Source: Amphiscolops sp. MND2022 (Eukaryota). Taken from it: a DNA stretch of 64,000 nucleotides. Of this stretch, positions 38,208 to 52,400 are shown in pieces (position 1 is the stretch's first letter; the number at the start of each line of letters is the position of its first letter). The notes beneath the pieces are model-generated. The model made no database searches, was not told the origin of the DNA, and worked only from the letters and a program-made list of their open reading frames with translations. The position numbers and the translations under genes were made by a program. Where the stretch lies: NCBI GenBank assembly GCA_964187785.1, contig OZ076409.1:24058001-24122000 (forward strand), given 5' to 3'.

Positions 38208-40625
38208 ACAAGGATGGATGATGACTCCATGTATTCATGCCAATAATGTTCAAGTCCAATAATTTTAAAGAGCATAAATATATAGGTTCCTATCTGTTAT
38301 CCACCCAGCCTACTGGTAAAAACACCGCCCCCATCGACTAATGCTTGCTGAGTCAGTATGCGACGCTTTTGCATATTTTTTTTGCTTTTTAAAAATTGTT
38401 TTTGGTTTCAAAGCTTCCTACTGGCCATACTTTTTGTTTATACAAAACAGTTACATACGGAAACTAGGAACTTAAAATCTCGGTATGTGAAGCTAATCGA
38501 ACTTCGATAATTTCGGAGATTTTTACATGAGAAATTTTGGCGTAGGAGATTCTGAACTGACGCCGTTATTTGACTGATATATGACGCCGATACATATATA
38601 CAAAACAGTTACTTAAATATATGTATAATTGTTTTGCAACTTTCTTTTTTTCTTGAGAACTTTTAGCAAAGCTTTCAAGAGTGAACGGAAACTTGTAAGC
38701 ATAAGAAAGGTCTTGCCAATGTTCCAAGATATTTTGCGCTGGGTAAATATACTGACAGAGGAGCGGATTAGTGTTTAACAGTGCAACCATGGGACTATGT
38801 AACTTCTTTGATTCGCTTCGGGATCGAATCATACAAAGTTATAATAGAAGAATCTGGAACATGTTTCTCAGATGACACTAGCATTTTTTTTATGATTTTC
38901 AAGTCATTAATGAAATGGTGAACCAGTCCGCAAGCAATGCCGTCATTTTCAGAAAATTGTCACACAGACCATGATTTATGACGTAACGTAGCCTTACCTT
39001 CGTACAACAAGTGGCTGTCATCAAAGAGTGGCAAAAGTTTCTGACGAAGAGTTTGAACATAAGTATTTCCAACGAGAGTTTTCTCCAACTTGACAGCCCA
39101 GCCTTCCACTTAAGTTGCTCAAGTGTCCGATGAATACTATATATTCCCATTTTCAAAAACGCTGATAATATTTTTCTTGGATTCCACCAAAAACTTCGGA
39201 ATGACCTGTTTTCAGATAACATCAATTACTTTCGAAAAATGTTGAACCAATAATGTAACACATGTTGAAGCGACTCTTTTGACGACTCAGACACTTGGCA
39301 GGTATTAAAACAAACCTAACTCGATGATTGAACTCTGCAAGCGACGTTTCGTGACTCTTCGAAATGAAAGTCGCAAAATGCCAAAATTACTCAAAGATGT
39401 GACCCTTTAGGCTCTAAAACAAGTGTTCTCAACTGACGAACCTAAACACGAACCTCTAGTGAGAAGCAAAGATTCATAAAGTCGCACAGAGCTGAAAAAA
39501 TCTATTCCACAATTTTTGAGATAAATCTCATCAGTCCCAGAAAGGTCACCATTAACAAAAGATGACTCCGAATTAGTTTTTTTCTAAAGAAAACCTCCAA
39601 ATTTCAAAAATTGTGTAAGAAAATTCTTCGGTTAGTCGCACAGTGCCGAAAAACCCTAAGGCCTTTATACGCGCAAACGCTTTGTTCGTACCAAAAATCC
39701 AAGCGGCGCGCCTTCAGGTTAGTCATGCAACACCGGAAAACTCCAAAGGGACCCTTTGGTGTTTCCGTTTCTTTGGAAGCATTAAAAATATTTAGTTTGG
39801 TGCGGAACTCGAAAGGACGTACACGCAAAGGAACACATTTACCTCATCCGGAAAATCGAATTAACCAAAGTGGCAACTTATGAATTACAGCTGAAATTGC
39901 GGAGGAAGAGAAAAAAATCCGCGGCTGAAACCAAGATTTTTTGCTTCTTAAATTTAAATAACGAAAACTAATAATTTGGGCATAATGCAATTTGGTTCCT
40001 GTTCACTTACAACAGTATCCTTCATAACGTTTTATGACACTTAGCAATTTTTTGAATTTTTTAAACATAAAAAGCTTTGAAAATGTGAGCCTAATAGTTA
40101 TTTGTGTTGATTTATCAGGACAGTTTTCAGGAAAAATCCTAGAAAATGCTCTTTATTTGTCTCAGCGGGCACCCACTTTGAGTTTTTTCTGATTTGTTAG
40201 TGCTCGAAACAGCTTCAATGGGCTTTTATTGACCATTAAGACACAAAACTTCTCACACACTTTAAGCGAGCTCCTGTGGGTAAACGGAAGATGATGCAAT
40301 GCGACTGCAAAGCGTGTGTATATTTGCATCGTGAGTCAAAAAGTGCTCCACAGGAAATACAGTATACGTTCTGGAATTCTGTATTTTTAATTTTCCGTTT
40401 CGTGATAAAAAGGTCTTGGCTTTAGCGGTTTTCTTCTTTTTCTTTCTCCCCAATTATTTTTCCATGAAATTACCAATTTTGTTTGAAAGCACTTGCCCCT
40501 TAAACTAGTGGTTTACACTAGAGTCTGACTGGGCCTGTGACCTGGGAAGCAGTAGTACCTGGGTTCGAGTCCAGAACAAACCCATTTTCTTATTGCTTAT
40601 AAATGTACAAGAGATTAAAACGACC

Positions 40626-41707
40626 TGTCATGCCCGCCAAGCATGAAGGAATTAAACGAACTCTAAAACATTAATTTATACATCAAACTCCCTAAAATAC
40701 AGATCATCATGAAAATACATTGCAGTAATTTATTCCCCGAACAATACAGTTGAGAGTATAACCACTGGAACTAACAGTCATCAATACTAAATTCATTCAT
40801 ATTATTGTGCATCGTTTAGAAACCAAGACTGAAACAATCAGTCATCAGCTATCGTGATAGTTTGTGATTTAATCATTCTTCATCCATTTTTTATATTACA
40901 TGTAAAGTATTACCAGAATATTCAATCATTCATAACAACTACATTTCGTTCATTCATATTAGCAATTTGTACAATGCCTTTTAGTAATTATCCTCCAAAC
41001 GATAATTGAATCAGTCACCATGATGATAAGAACACGCGGTAGTAAAGCCTCAGTTTAAGAGGCAATTGAGACAATTGCGTGCTAAAATGACTGGTGCTTG
41101 CGGTCATACTGGATCAAACATGAATAATTAAACGCCGATTATCACCCGTCACGACTGTAGCCACCAGTCGTCAAGTGCAATTAAACAGCAATTAGTAAAT
41201 CGAATGTCATTGGCTAAAAGGAAAGGTGCTAACACACCTTTATAGTTACACAATCGGGTAAAACCGAACTCACTCACAAGTTGTAACCATTGATATAACC
41301 AGTTGCCTACTACCTTGCTTACGAGTTGTCAATCCTTATTTTAACATTAAAACATTTCAATTCAACTTAAACTTCCAGACTTTTCATGGTAATTACCAGA
41401 TCTCAAAGTAGTCAAAATAGACAAGTAGAAACTGAAAATATGGATAGATCAAGCGATAACGAAAGTGAAGCCAGTTTCCCTGAACTTTTATCCAGAGACC
41501 AAATGGTAGACCTTGACTCTGACGACGTTTTAACTAGACGTCAAAACAGTAACAGTTATAACATTGACCAGCGATTTAATGAGATAAATAGACAAATCGG
41601 AGACCTTACCAATATAGTCCTTACACTGACCAATCAGTTTGCCTCCGTTAATGGAGAAGGGAACAGACTGAATCCAGCAACTACAAGTACTGACGGTCGT
41701 TCCGACA
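40626..41707 (+). repeat. 5' LTR of element B
   Basis: TGTCATGCCC...TTCCGACA; about 5 substitutions seen by eye against 54449-55530. Confidence 0.97.
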
Positions 41708-42920
41708 TGGTGACAGGAGTCTCCAACCCACGACCATCAGGATCTCGAACAACACCACCCAACGGGACACCAAGGAGTGACGAAAGTATTCCGCAGATAG
41801 CAGATGTGATGACGGAAATCCACCATCTCCGCAGTACAATGGGGGAAATCTTGACCCATCCAAAAATCCTGCAGACCCAGTACCTCTATTCAAGGGAAAT
41901 CGAGACAAATACAATGAATTCGAGCATTTATTGCTCAACCACTTACGACCACATGCCCACAAACTAACCGAAGAACAAAAACTCAACTACTTTCAGAGTC
42001 TTCTCAGAGATGACGCAATTGAGTTTTGGCAAACCCTAACAATCACGACAGAAACGACACTGAGAGATATACTGACGGCATTCAAAAAAGAATACGCAAA
42101 GGAAGAACTCTCAGAAGTCTCGAAGTTCAAATTCGACCAGCTACGATACGATCCGGCCACTGAGTCATTCAGTACCTTCCTCGCCAATTACAAAAAGATT
42201 GCCAAACAAGCCTACGGTGAAAAGGCACAGGAAATTGTCCAGACCTTCCTATTTGCCAAATTACCGATCCAGCTCCAAAACGAACTAGCAATTGCAGGAA
42301 AACACAATGCCAGCATTGAAGACATCAAAACATTCGTCCAGAGAAGATGTCAATATGCCCAGTTACTTCCAAACCAACAACTCCTCCAACCGTTCAACCA
42401 AGCTATCCAGACACAAGAAGTCCCAAACAAGCCAGTTGTTCAGAAGAGGAACGAAAACGAACGACCAACAATCAAAAAGAAATTCGATGGCAACTGCAGA
42501 TACTGCGCAATTTACGGACACAAATGGGCTGAGTGCCGAAAACGACTGCGTGACGAAGCAGCGGGCAACAACAACTCACAACCTCAGAAAAAGCCCGAAC
42601 AGCAAAATAACAACGCAGAAAGACAACCAAAATACAATGTCAAACTGGTCTGCCAAATTTGCGGATATACAGGTCACTCCGCAAAAGACTGCCGTTACAG
42701 AATACCCCAAACCTCCGCCTACGGAAGCGTGCCATACAATAGGCAAACCACAAATGAAAACAGGGACTTCCAACGCGACTTCCGAAGAGCACACAACTAC
42801 CCTTACCCAGCAAATGAAATGAACGAACTTGCACCAGGGGACCAACAACAGCAAACCAGTGATGACTACTACCAACAGGAATTCACCGAAGGATCATCCA
42901 GCCAGCCAAAAAACTTCTGA
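41386..42920 (+). pseudogene. gag: gag of element B (one frameshift ~41880)
   Basis: ORFs 41386-41967 and 41931-42920; knuckles CRYCAIYGHKWAEC and CQICGYTGHSAKDC; clearly homologous to gag of A. Confidence 0.9.
41708..41720 (+). other. Primer binding site of element B
   Basis: TGGTGACAGGAGT immediately after the LTR-terminal CA. Confidence 0.85.
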
Positions 42921-45900
42921 AGCCACGTCATCCGACTGACTATTACAATAACAAAGTGCGCAACATGAACAACTACTACTACACAAAGAACTACAAAAAC
43001 CGGGCAACTGATCTTCGGCAGGATCAGAAACCTAAGACTACAACTACCCACGAAACAACCAATGACAAAGTGAACCCTCCCTCCGAACCAACGGACGTGA
43101 ACTTACAAACGACAGAAGACAAACAGCACTCTAACTCGACTACAACGACTGACTGTACAAGGAAAACAATGAACCGAAAGAAAGACGTGGCGATCCAGGT
43201 GTTAACAGCAACACTCCAATTAAACAAAAAGGACAAGATGTTGTACGTCCCATTGCAATTCCGAGAATACGAGAACCACGGACTCCTCGACACAGGAGCA
43301 ATAAGAAGTGCAATGTCAGAAGACGAACTCAGACGAATCCTGTCTGCACACCCAGCCGCACTTCTCGAAGAGTACCCAGCACCGGACTTCAAAGTCCAAA
43401 TCGCAAACGGAAGCATCGTCCCGGTCCGGAAACAGGTACTACTTCGCTTCTTCATCGGAGGTAAAGTATTCGAGGAAACCTTCATGATTCTTCCAACCAT
43501 GGGTAACATCTTGATCGGAATGTCATTTTTCAAAAAGTATTCAGTAACACTTGACCTTGCCAACAACGTAGTCAAGTTCCCGGATATTACCCTGCAACTG
43601 AAACCAGAACGAGGACGATACAAAATCCAGATGATCGAATTACGAACGACACAGAAAACAGTCATACAACCGGACCACCAAATCATTGTCCCCGTCCTAG
43701 CAGAAAGGGACCTCGGGACAATCCAGGGCACAGTGGAAACCTTTCCTGCCTTTGAAAGGAAGACACAATTACTGGTGTCCCCCGCCCTAACGCAAATCAC
43801 TGAGAAGAAAAGCCATGTCCAGATCACCAACCTCACTTGCCATACAATTACCCTCAACCCGAACACGACAGTGGCCACCTTCAAAATAATGACTCCCAAT
43901 CAAGCAAAAAACCTACAACCAATGCCAAACGAACAATTGACACTAATAACCAAATACCCGGACGAAGCCACCAACGTACTAAACCAACTGTTCCAGGAAC
44001 CCGGCACTGAAACCAACCGCAGATGGTACCCAATCCCGGAGGCATGTGACGACCCGTCCAAGCTGAACCGCATTGAAAGGCGGATATATGACGAAATCAC
44101 TCAACTCCGTGAAGAAGAGAAACTGGACCCAACAGCAGACGACCAACAACGCAAGGAGTTCCTTGCTAACTTCAAATGGGAGAACTCAATCCTGAATGAA
44201 CACGAACAACAACAAATTGAGAACTTCCTTGTGAAGTACAACAATGTATTCGCCAGACACCGCCTCGACATAGGCATCAATACTGACTTCAAAATCAAAC
44301 TCACTCCGAAGCATGATGAACCAGTCTACGCGCAGAGCTTACCTACACCCACCAACCTCAAAGATGACCTGCTCGTCGAACTAGCGCTGATGCAAGAGTA
44401 CGGGATCATCACGACGTTGCCGTACAGCAAGTATTCCTCACCAATATTTGCCCAGCGCAAACCCAATGGGAAACTTCGCATTCTTGTAGACCTGCGCAGA
44501 ATCAACCACCTCTTGAAAAATGATTACAACCAACATAATCATCAAGTCACCACCATCGCCGACGCCGCCCAGCACAGGCAGGGAAGAAGTACTTCGGCAA
44601 GCTGGACTGCTCGCAGGCGTACCACTGTTTGCAGATGGCGGATGAACAATCCATACAACTCTTGGCATTTAATTTTGGAAGTCGAACCTTTGCTTATCTA
44701 CGACTGGCACAAGGACTCAACCGATCCCTATCAGCATTCAACAGCACGGTGCGAGAATACGTTGATGCACTGGTGAAAGCGGATAAATGTGCCCAATATG
44801 TCGACGACATTGGGATTGCTGCCCACACTGTAGATGAGCTACTGTCAAACATTGAAGCTGTGTTCCAACAAATCCAAAAAGCAGGACTGAAATTGTCGAT
44901 GTCAAAATGTGCGTTTGGCCACCCACAGATCGACTTCCTCGGGAGAAGCATCACATCAAAGGGTGTCGCCCCACTCGAAGACAAGATCGACGACTTCCTC
45001 AAGAAGATCAAATTGTCCACATCAATCAAATCCCTCCAAAGGTACATCGGGTTTGTCCAGTTCTACAGGCAGTACATACCACGCCTAGCAGAAAAACTCA
45101 CCCCACTGTACAAACTACTCCAAAAAGACGTCAAATTCCAGTTGACCCAGCAGCACAAGGACATCATCTTCGAGATTAATGAAAATCTTGCCAAAGCTGC
45201 GAAACTTTCGCTGCGTCTGCCGTTACCTGATAAACAGCTTGTTATAATGTGCGACGCCAGCGAGCATGCGGCAGGATATGTCCTCCTGATAGAAGACTAT
45301 ACCGAAACAAACGATGGACCACTGAAAACGTACGCCCCAGTATCATTTGGATCCCAACGATTCACGGAGGGCCAAATGTCCCTAACAATGTACGCAAAGG
45401 AATTCCTGGCGATGCATTTCGCATTCGATGAATTCGCACACATACTCTGGGGTGTCAAGAAACCAACAATAGTAATGACGGACAATAAAGCACTGACCCG
45501 ATTTTTTCAGTCTAAACGGATTCCCCCGAAGCTATGGAATTACTGCGATCAGACGCTCCAATTCGAATTCGTACTTGCCCACGTTCCTGGAACTGAGAAC
45601 CCTGCTGCAGACTACCTGTCTCGTCTTGACATACGACCAGAGGAAAGAATACACCTCAAACTCAACGACGAGATACCAGTCTTCCACGTCGAGATCGACC
45701 TGGCATCGAGAACACCCAAGCAGGACGAAGAAGAAGAAGAATACTTACCTGATGACCAACACACTACCACCACCAAACAAAATGAAGCCATCAACGCCAT
45801 CCTGGACCAGGTCCCCATGTGCAGCAACGAATCGAGTGGACAGTTTCTCGAGAGGATAGAAACCATCCGTCATCAAATCACACCCATCATCACAGGGCAA

Positions 45901-47712
45901 CATGACGAGATGACGTTCACCAGATTCAGACGAAAGCTTCATGACAACGTGGTAAACCAGGTATGCCCCAATGGGGAGTTTCAAATCATCCAGGATCAAG
46001 TCGTACACCTTGACATCCAACGCATGATTAGAATTTTGAACCAAAAGGAAACCCTTCCTAATCATGTGAACTTTGAAAGTCTGTTTTTCCAAAAACTAGT
46101 TAAAAACAAGAAAAGACTTGAAGTAGTGAACAACGTTTTGTACAGGAATTTTTTTGATGGTACAGGTAAAATCAAGTGTAAACAAGTTGTCACTCCCCCT
46201 GAAACCATCCGGAAAATCATTCAATCCCTGCACGATGACCCTCTGCAAGGTCACCATGGCTGTAACAAAATGCTCCATGAACTGCGTAAAAGGTACTACT
46301 CACCAAACCTCTCTGAACTGGTACTGCAATACGTCTCGAACTGCCAGGACTGCATCCGCGCAAAACCAATCCGAAAAGCTGCAATCACACCACCACTTCA
46401 ACAATTATACGACCCCTGCAACGGACCAGAAGACATACTAGAAATCGATTTAGTCGGTGAACTCCCACCTTCCAACGGATTCACACACATCCTCACTGCA
46501 TGCGACTACTTTTCTAGGTACCTCTTCGCAATACCAATCCGTAAACCGGACACAAAGTCGGTCGTAGAAGCACTCATGCAAATCTTCACGCAGCACTCGT
46601 ATGTACCCAAAACAATCTTAACTGACAAGGGAACGACATTCACATCTCAACTACTCAACGCCCTGATGGAGTCTGCCGGTATAAAAATCGAACACGCTTC
46701 TGTAAAGCACGCACAAACGATCGGGATGGTTGAACGTTCACATCAAAAACTGAAACAAATTCTCAAAATCAACATCTCAGCTGATTCACCACAATGGCAC
46801 AAATACGTCAACATGGCCGTAATGGCCCATAACACAACCTACCACCAGGCTATCCGATGCACACCCACTGAAGTTTTCCACGGACGTGTTCCGTTCAATG
46901 CCCTTGACGTCAAATTTGGCCATCCCTTAACCGAACAACGTAACACCACTGACGTCACTGGAATACTAGATAACATGAACAAAAAATTCCAACAAACACA
47001 TGACAACATAATCGAAGCCTTTCACAAATACAAGAATTACTACGACCGAAAAGCGCAAGCTTCACCTCTGAAAGTAAATGATTTCACCTTTCTGCTAAAC
47101 AAAAGACTGTCTCAGCAATCTGAAAAAATTCCTTTCAAGGAATTCAAGTGGGAAGGCCCATACAAAGTGGTCAAAGTCTTGTCAAATTCAAATTACTTCA
47201 TACGTAAGATTGGCACTCTTCGCACCCAATGCGTTCACAGAATGAGGCTTCGCCCATTCACGCCAAACGCACCAATCGAAGACATTCAAGACAATGCATC
47301 ACAATATTTCGAAGATCCTGACGCCCTCAACGAGCAGGAGTTATTTGACAATAACCTACCTGATCATGTCCATGAATAGCCACAACAAGTAATACCTGAA
47401 CAATCAAACTTCGAAGAGTTACACGCAGACCATGGAATGATCTACTACGAACGGCAAAACATAGAACCTGATCAAAACATCTCCATACCTGAAAGCCAGG
47501 CTGAAACACAAGAACCACAACCGGATAATGCTAGCATGAACAATTCTGAACACCAAACAAATGATCGCCCTCCAGCGCCATCACGACACACCATGTCTCG
47601 ATACGGGCTCAGACACAACCCAAAACCTACCACGTACCCTGATTTCTTAATGCACGAATTACATGGTACGCCTTCACTGCAACAGTTACTTCTGAAAAAC
47701 AGAAACCTGTAA
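42908..47712 (+). pseudogene. pol: pol of element B (PR-RT-RH-IN)
   Basis: LLDTGA, YVDD, MCDASEHA, integrase HHCC and D-D-E motifs. Frameshift ~44575; stop at 47377 followed by an in-frame continuation to 47712 that resembles the C-terminus of A. Confidence 0.95.
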
Positions 47713-49454
47713 AACACCCATCCCTCATTGCATTTCTCAAACAAACGACTGCTAACAGCAGTCATAAACAGTCTCGCTCCTTGACCGTAAAAGTAATTGT
47801 TTTACAATTACGACGCTGTATACCAGTACTCAACAAGCAGTATTGAAAATTCCGGACAACCTAGCACACAATCCAATTTATACGATTAAATGACCATCCA
47901 CTTCCGTCGTCACTGTTTGAGCTGTCTAATTACTTAGCGTCAACTACTACGTAAGAAGCAAACAAACGGTAACGCAACGACTGCAAACGCCAATCATCCC
48001 AACACTTGCGGCCCAGAAGCACACGTAGCACGCAAAAATGTGAACGATAATTTATTCAATTCGCACCAAAACTACCACGTCAACAAACGAAACGAAACAC
48101 TTCGCTTAGAAAACCGTCGAAACACAACTAACGAAACGTGAACGAAAACAACGTTCCCTACAAGCGCAACAAACTAACAGTGACGATCTGCTGCCTGGAA
48201 AACGTTAAGACAACACAACCAAAACTCCACCCATTTCGACTTAAACCCATAGTGCTGGCTGTGTGGGTGCGTCGTCGAAAAGCGCGCTTGTGTGGTTGGT
48301 CGTCACCATACAGATGAAGGTTGCTCTTTAGCAACTGGATTCAGTGTTAGTTTTGCATAGGTGGTTCCGACGGGAATTCACCTTTTCCAATGAACTGAAC
48401 ACCAAAAATAACAAAACAACCATAGACGATAACACAACGCCGGTAAAGAACAAGAGCTTGCCAAATTCAGAAAACAATGAATACCCGACCCCTTAAAAGT
48501 AACCAGATATGCGAAGGCTTCGCCTCGCTCGGGAAAAGATTCAGGAGTGCGCGGCCCCAACCTCTGCTTAGTATTAAAATCTACACACACCCATAGTTCT
48601 CAGTCTAACAACTTCCTACCACCGAAGTTAACATAATGTAAGAACTCGCGATCTTGACGACACACATCACGTATGATGACGTCCCAGGACACACATCAAC
48701 GATGATGACGTCGCGTACACAGACCGCTACATGTAATATATTGAAACACACTAAAATACATGTAAAATAGTCCCTAAAAATTATAACATGAATATTACAT
48801 ACACACAAAAGAAGTCATGCATCAAACCAAGGATACACTCCTTGAGCCTCCCGTCATCGTAATGAACAAGCTGCTCAGTCACGTACCTTACAGTGCGGCG
48901 CTAAGGACTGGAAGGCCATGGTCTGAATGTCTCGTTACCATTCTCGAGCCTTCACTAACAACTTACATGAAAACCTGGCTCTCGAGTACCATGCACAGCA
49001 CAGTTTGACGCGTAAAAAAATGTTTATGCTAATGGTTACCACAGTGACAACCATAACCAACATGAACTTCCTCAATAAATTCCTTGAACACGCCGTAACA
49101 ATTAAAGCGTAAGTCCACTCGAAACCATAGCGAAGTATGGGTTACCCCATTCACACACTTAAGAAAGACAAAGCCAGTCCAGCATCATGCATAAATGTAC
49201 ATACAAGCAAAACAAGTGAAAAACCTCTTGTGACGTCCGAACTGTCCAGTCCTAAGGAAAAACAAAGAAGAGTACTATGACGGTTGCAACCATCTAATTA
49301 AATCACTAGAAAGTGCAAGACCTACTAAGGCCAAAACAAAAAAAATTGCAGCATATAAAGCAAATCACAATATCAGGACTCAATAAATACACAAAAAGCT
49401 GAATACACAAAGAAATATGGAAAGTCTGATTACTAATACAAGTCCTTCTGCCAA

Positions 49455-52400
49455 CTAATACTCTGTAGAACGGCTGGAGCCGCCCTCGTTACTGCTTTCT
49501 TCGAGTGAAAAAGCCCGCCTGCTGGCTTGTACAATTTCAGTCTCAAAGGTAGCCAGAGTGCGCTTCCCTTTCTTGTCCGGCTTCCCAGCGGTCCTCTGTC
49601 CGTGATTGCCCCCTGACGTCCTACTGACTGCTTTGCGCTTCGGAGCTGACTCACTCGGACCTGCTGACGACACTACGACCTCGGATTGCAATTTCGGCGC
49701 TTGAGCTGCTGAACGCCTTGATTTGACAGGACTCCGACGGGGAGCAGTTGGACTCGACTCCATTGTCCGCAACTGATTACAAACAGCAGACACATAATCG
49801 TCAATGACAGGGCGAGTAGGTAGTCCACCAGTCGTCTCCAGTACTGTGACACAGCGCCCAAGCGATTCATCAACCCCCCTCTTAACCAATTGGTCCCAGG
49901 GGATAGCTCTGCCTTCATCGGTTAACCGCGAAACCTGCATGTCTGTAGTGCTGCAGTGTCTAACAAATCCAATCATCGAGCGTCGAGAATGCCCGCCGAA
50001 ACCACTCGACATCCAGCTTCGAATAATGTTCAAACTTGACAGCATGATACCGTCATCGAGGGCTGTGTCTCCTACATCCTGAAAATCAGCAGCATACGAA
50101 TCATGGAGCATTCCCACAAAAAGAATCTCCACAATGCCCCGGAATTCTTGGCACCGGTCCCACGAAGGATATGACAGCCACAAAGACATGGCATCGTCAA
50201 TAACTGGCACCACCGAAGCATTGGACTCCCATCGATGCTTGAAGTAGTTGACTACCTCGCGATACTGCTGCAAGATGATGGCACCTTGATCTCCTCTGCA
50301 TAGATCTCCAAAGCTGAGGACAGAAAGTGTACCCACAAGGATGTCTGTCAGCCGATCCATTGACACCGACTGTATAGCATAAGGATCCAGCGGCAACAAG
50401 CTGAGGTGCTTAACCCACCCTTGGTCATAATCGCCAATGCACGAATCGCACACAGTCCTGAGGAAATTCTGCACTTCTTTATAAAAGAAAGGCTTCTGGC
50501 TGACCACGTCGAAGTGGAAGTACTGGCCGAACAGCACTTGAAATCGGGCCTTGTCAACAGGCTTACTCTCGCCCAGTCGCAACTTCAACACGGCGAGGAC
50601 TTCAAAATCAGGTGGTAGCGATGAGGGTTCGACGACCAGAGACAATAACTACCGAAGGAAAGCAGCCAGCTCCCGCTCGAACCATAAGTTCCGATCTCGC
50701 CCAGCAGAACACAAGCGAGGACACTTTGCAACAACTGAAACACACAGGCGAATCACAACCAAAATGTTGAAAAACTACACACCGTAGCAACTCAGACGTC
50801 GATAACACCCAAATCCACAATTACAACAAAACTAGTACCGACACACCCGTACACAAGTAACACTCAAAACTCTTATACTGACCTGTCTCTGCCAGAAATT
50901 TCAAAACTGCAAATCGCGGCCTCGACAAAGCATCGTTGAAGACTTGACTTTCCATACTGGCTATACTCCGCGTTTCGGACACAGTATTTGACCGGTGAAC
51001 ACCGAAGTAGGCACCGAGGTCATCCCATCGCTCCACAAGTTCGGTGCACAGTGCCGACAACTCCTGGAAGCGCGCAGCACCACCACGGACGAACTAAAAC
51101 AAAATTAGCACCGAGTTAGAACGAAGCCACGACCACACATTACCACACATACTAACACCAGTCCCCGAAAAAAAAGAAAAAAAATGCGCTAACAAACTTA
51201 AAATCAATTACCTCTCGAAGCCTTGGCATATTGTCAAACGACGAACCCACCGATGACGGCGGCTAAACGGAACCGGAAATACTCCAACACGCAGAAGGGT
51301 TCCAGTCCACTCAAATCTCGCAGAAACGTGCGCCGCAGCAAATCCTTCAGCCAGTCCACATCGAGACGACGGGTAACCAAAGGTATGGCTGGGTGCGCGA
51401 TGCTAGCTAAAGCACGCCCAAGACGCAGATTCTCTCCCACACTCACAGCACACAGACCCGCATGAGACTCCACACAGGCCAGAACAGAGACAACGATCTT
51501 GAGTAGTGAGCGTTCCCACTCACCACCACCAGGAATAGCAGCTAGCACAACCATCTTGACTGTCAGAGCGTCAAAAATGTGGCAATCCACCCGCTTCAAC
51601 GACCCATCAGTGCGGACGTGCAGACCAAACCGCGCCCCAGCAGAGAGTAGATCGCTCAGTTTCTCCATGACAATTGGATACAGGCCGTATAACACAAGAC
51701 TCTACAACAAACATACAACAGTGACACTTCTCAGCAAGTACTGCCAACAAAAACAGTAAGCAACTGCAAACACGAACTAGCAGACAAGAACCAACATTCA
51801 CGAACAAAACATGTATTACCTGACATTTCGGGTACGATAGCACCCTCTCACTGAAAACCAGCTCGCCCCGCATGCTACTGGACCACACTTCCATGGACCG
51901 CACAACGCTCGAAAAGTCCCTCAGTTCAACAAAGTTATTGATGAAGCAGCATAGCCAGAGGTATGAAGAACTGGACTCCGACAACTCGGGTTTCGAACCA
52001 GCTGCCTCCTCTTCTAATTCAACCGCAATCCGCTCTTCAACAGTCAGCTTCACCTCTGACTCCAGAATGACAGGTGGCTCTGACACTCTGGCTGCCCGAA
52101 TTCTCCGATCCTCGTCCAATGACACGGGCCTACAGGACTTGTCCAATAGAGGCCTATTAGACATGATTCAGAAGCGCTGCTCAAGACGAGTGTGCTCTCG
52201 CCCTTTCCAATGATCCCACAAGTTGTGTAGACCACGTCCGGCAATGCTTAAATCAACGCGGCACAGACACCTTGCGAACCCGTCCACCACACGTTTGTTT
52301 CAGGGGAAACCAACGAAGGTCCCCACGACCCCAGAAACGACGAATGAGGGTTTCAACGTTTTGATAGCACGTTTCCGTCCTGCTAACACACAACACAAAT

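Noticed and set aside
43024..43899. 291-aa ORF antisense to pol of B
   Set aside because: Shadow frame caused by the A/C-rich codon bias of pol; no counterpart of similar length in A.
48278..48322. Hammerhead-like GAAA...CAGATGA
   Set aside because: Core deviates (CAGAUGA instead of CUGAUGA, G at the cleavage position) and stem II is not convincing.
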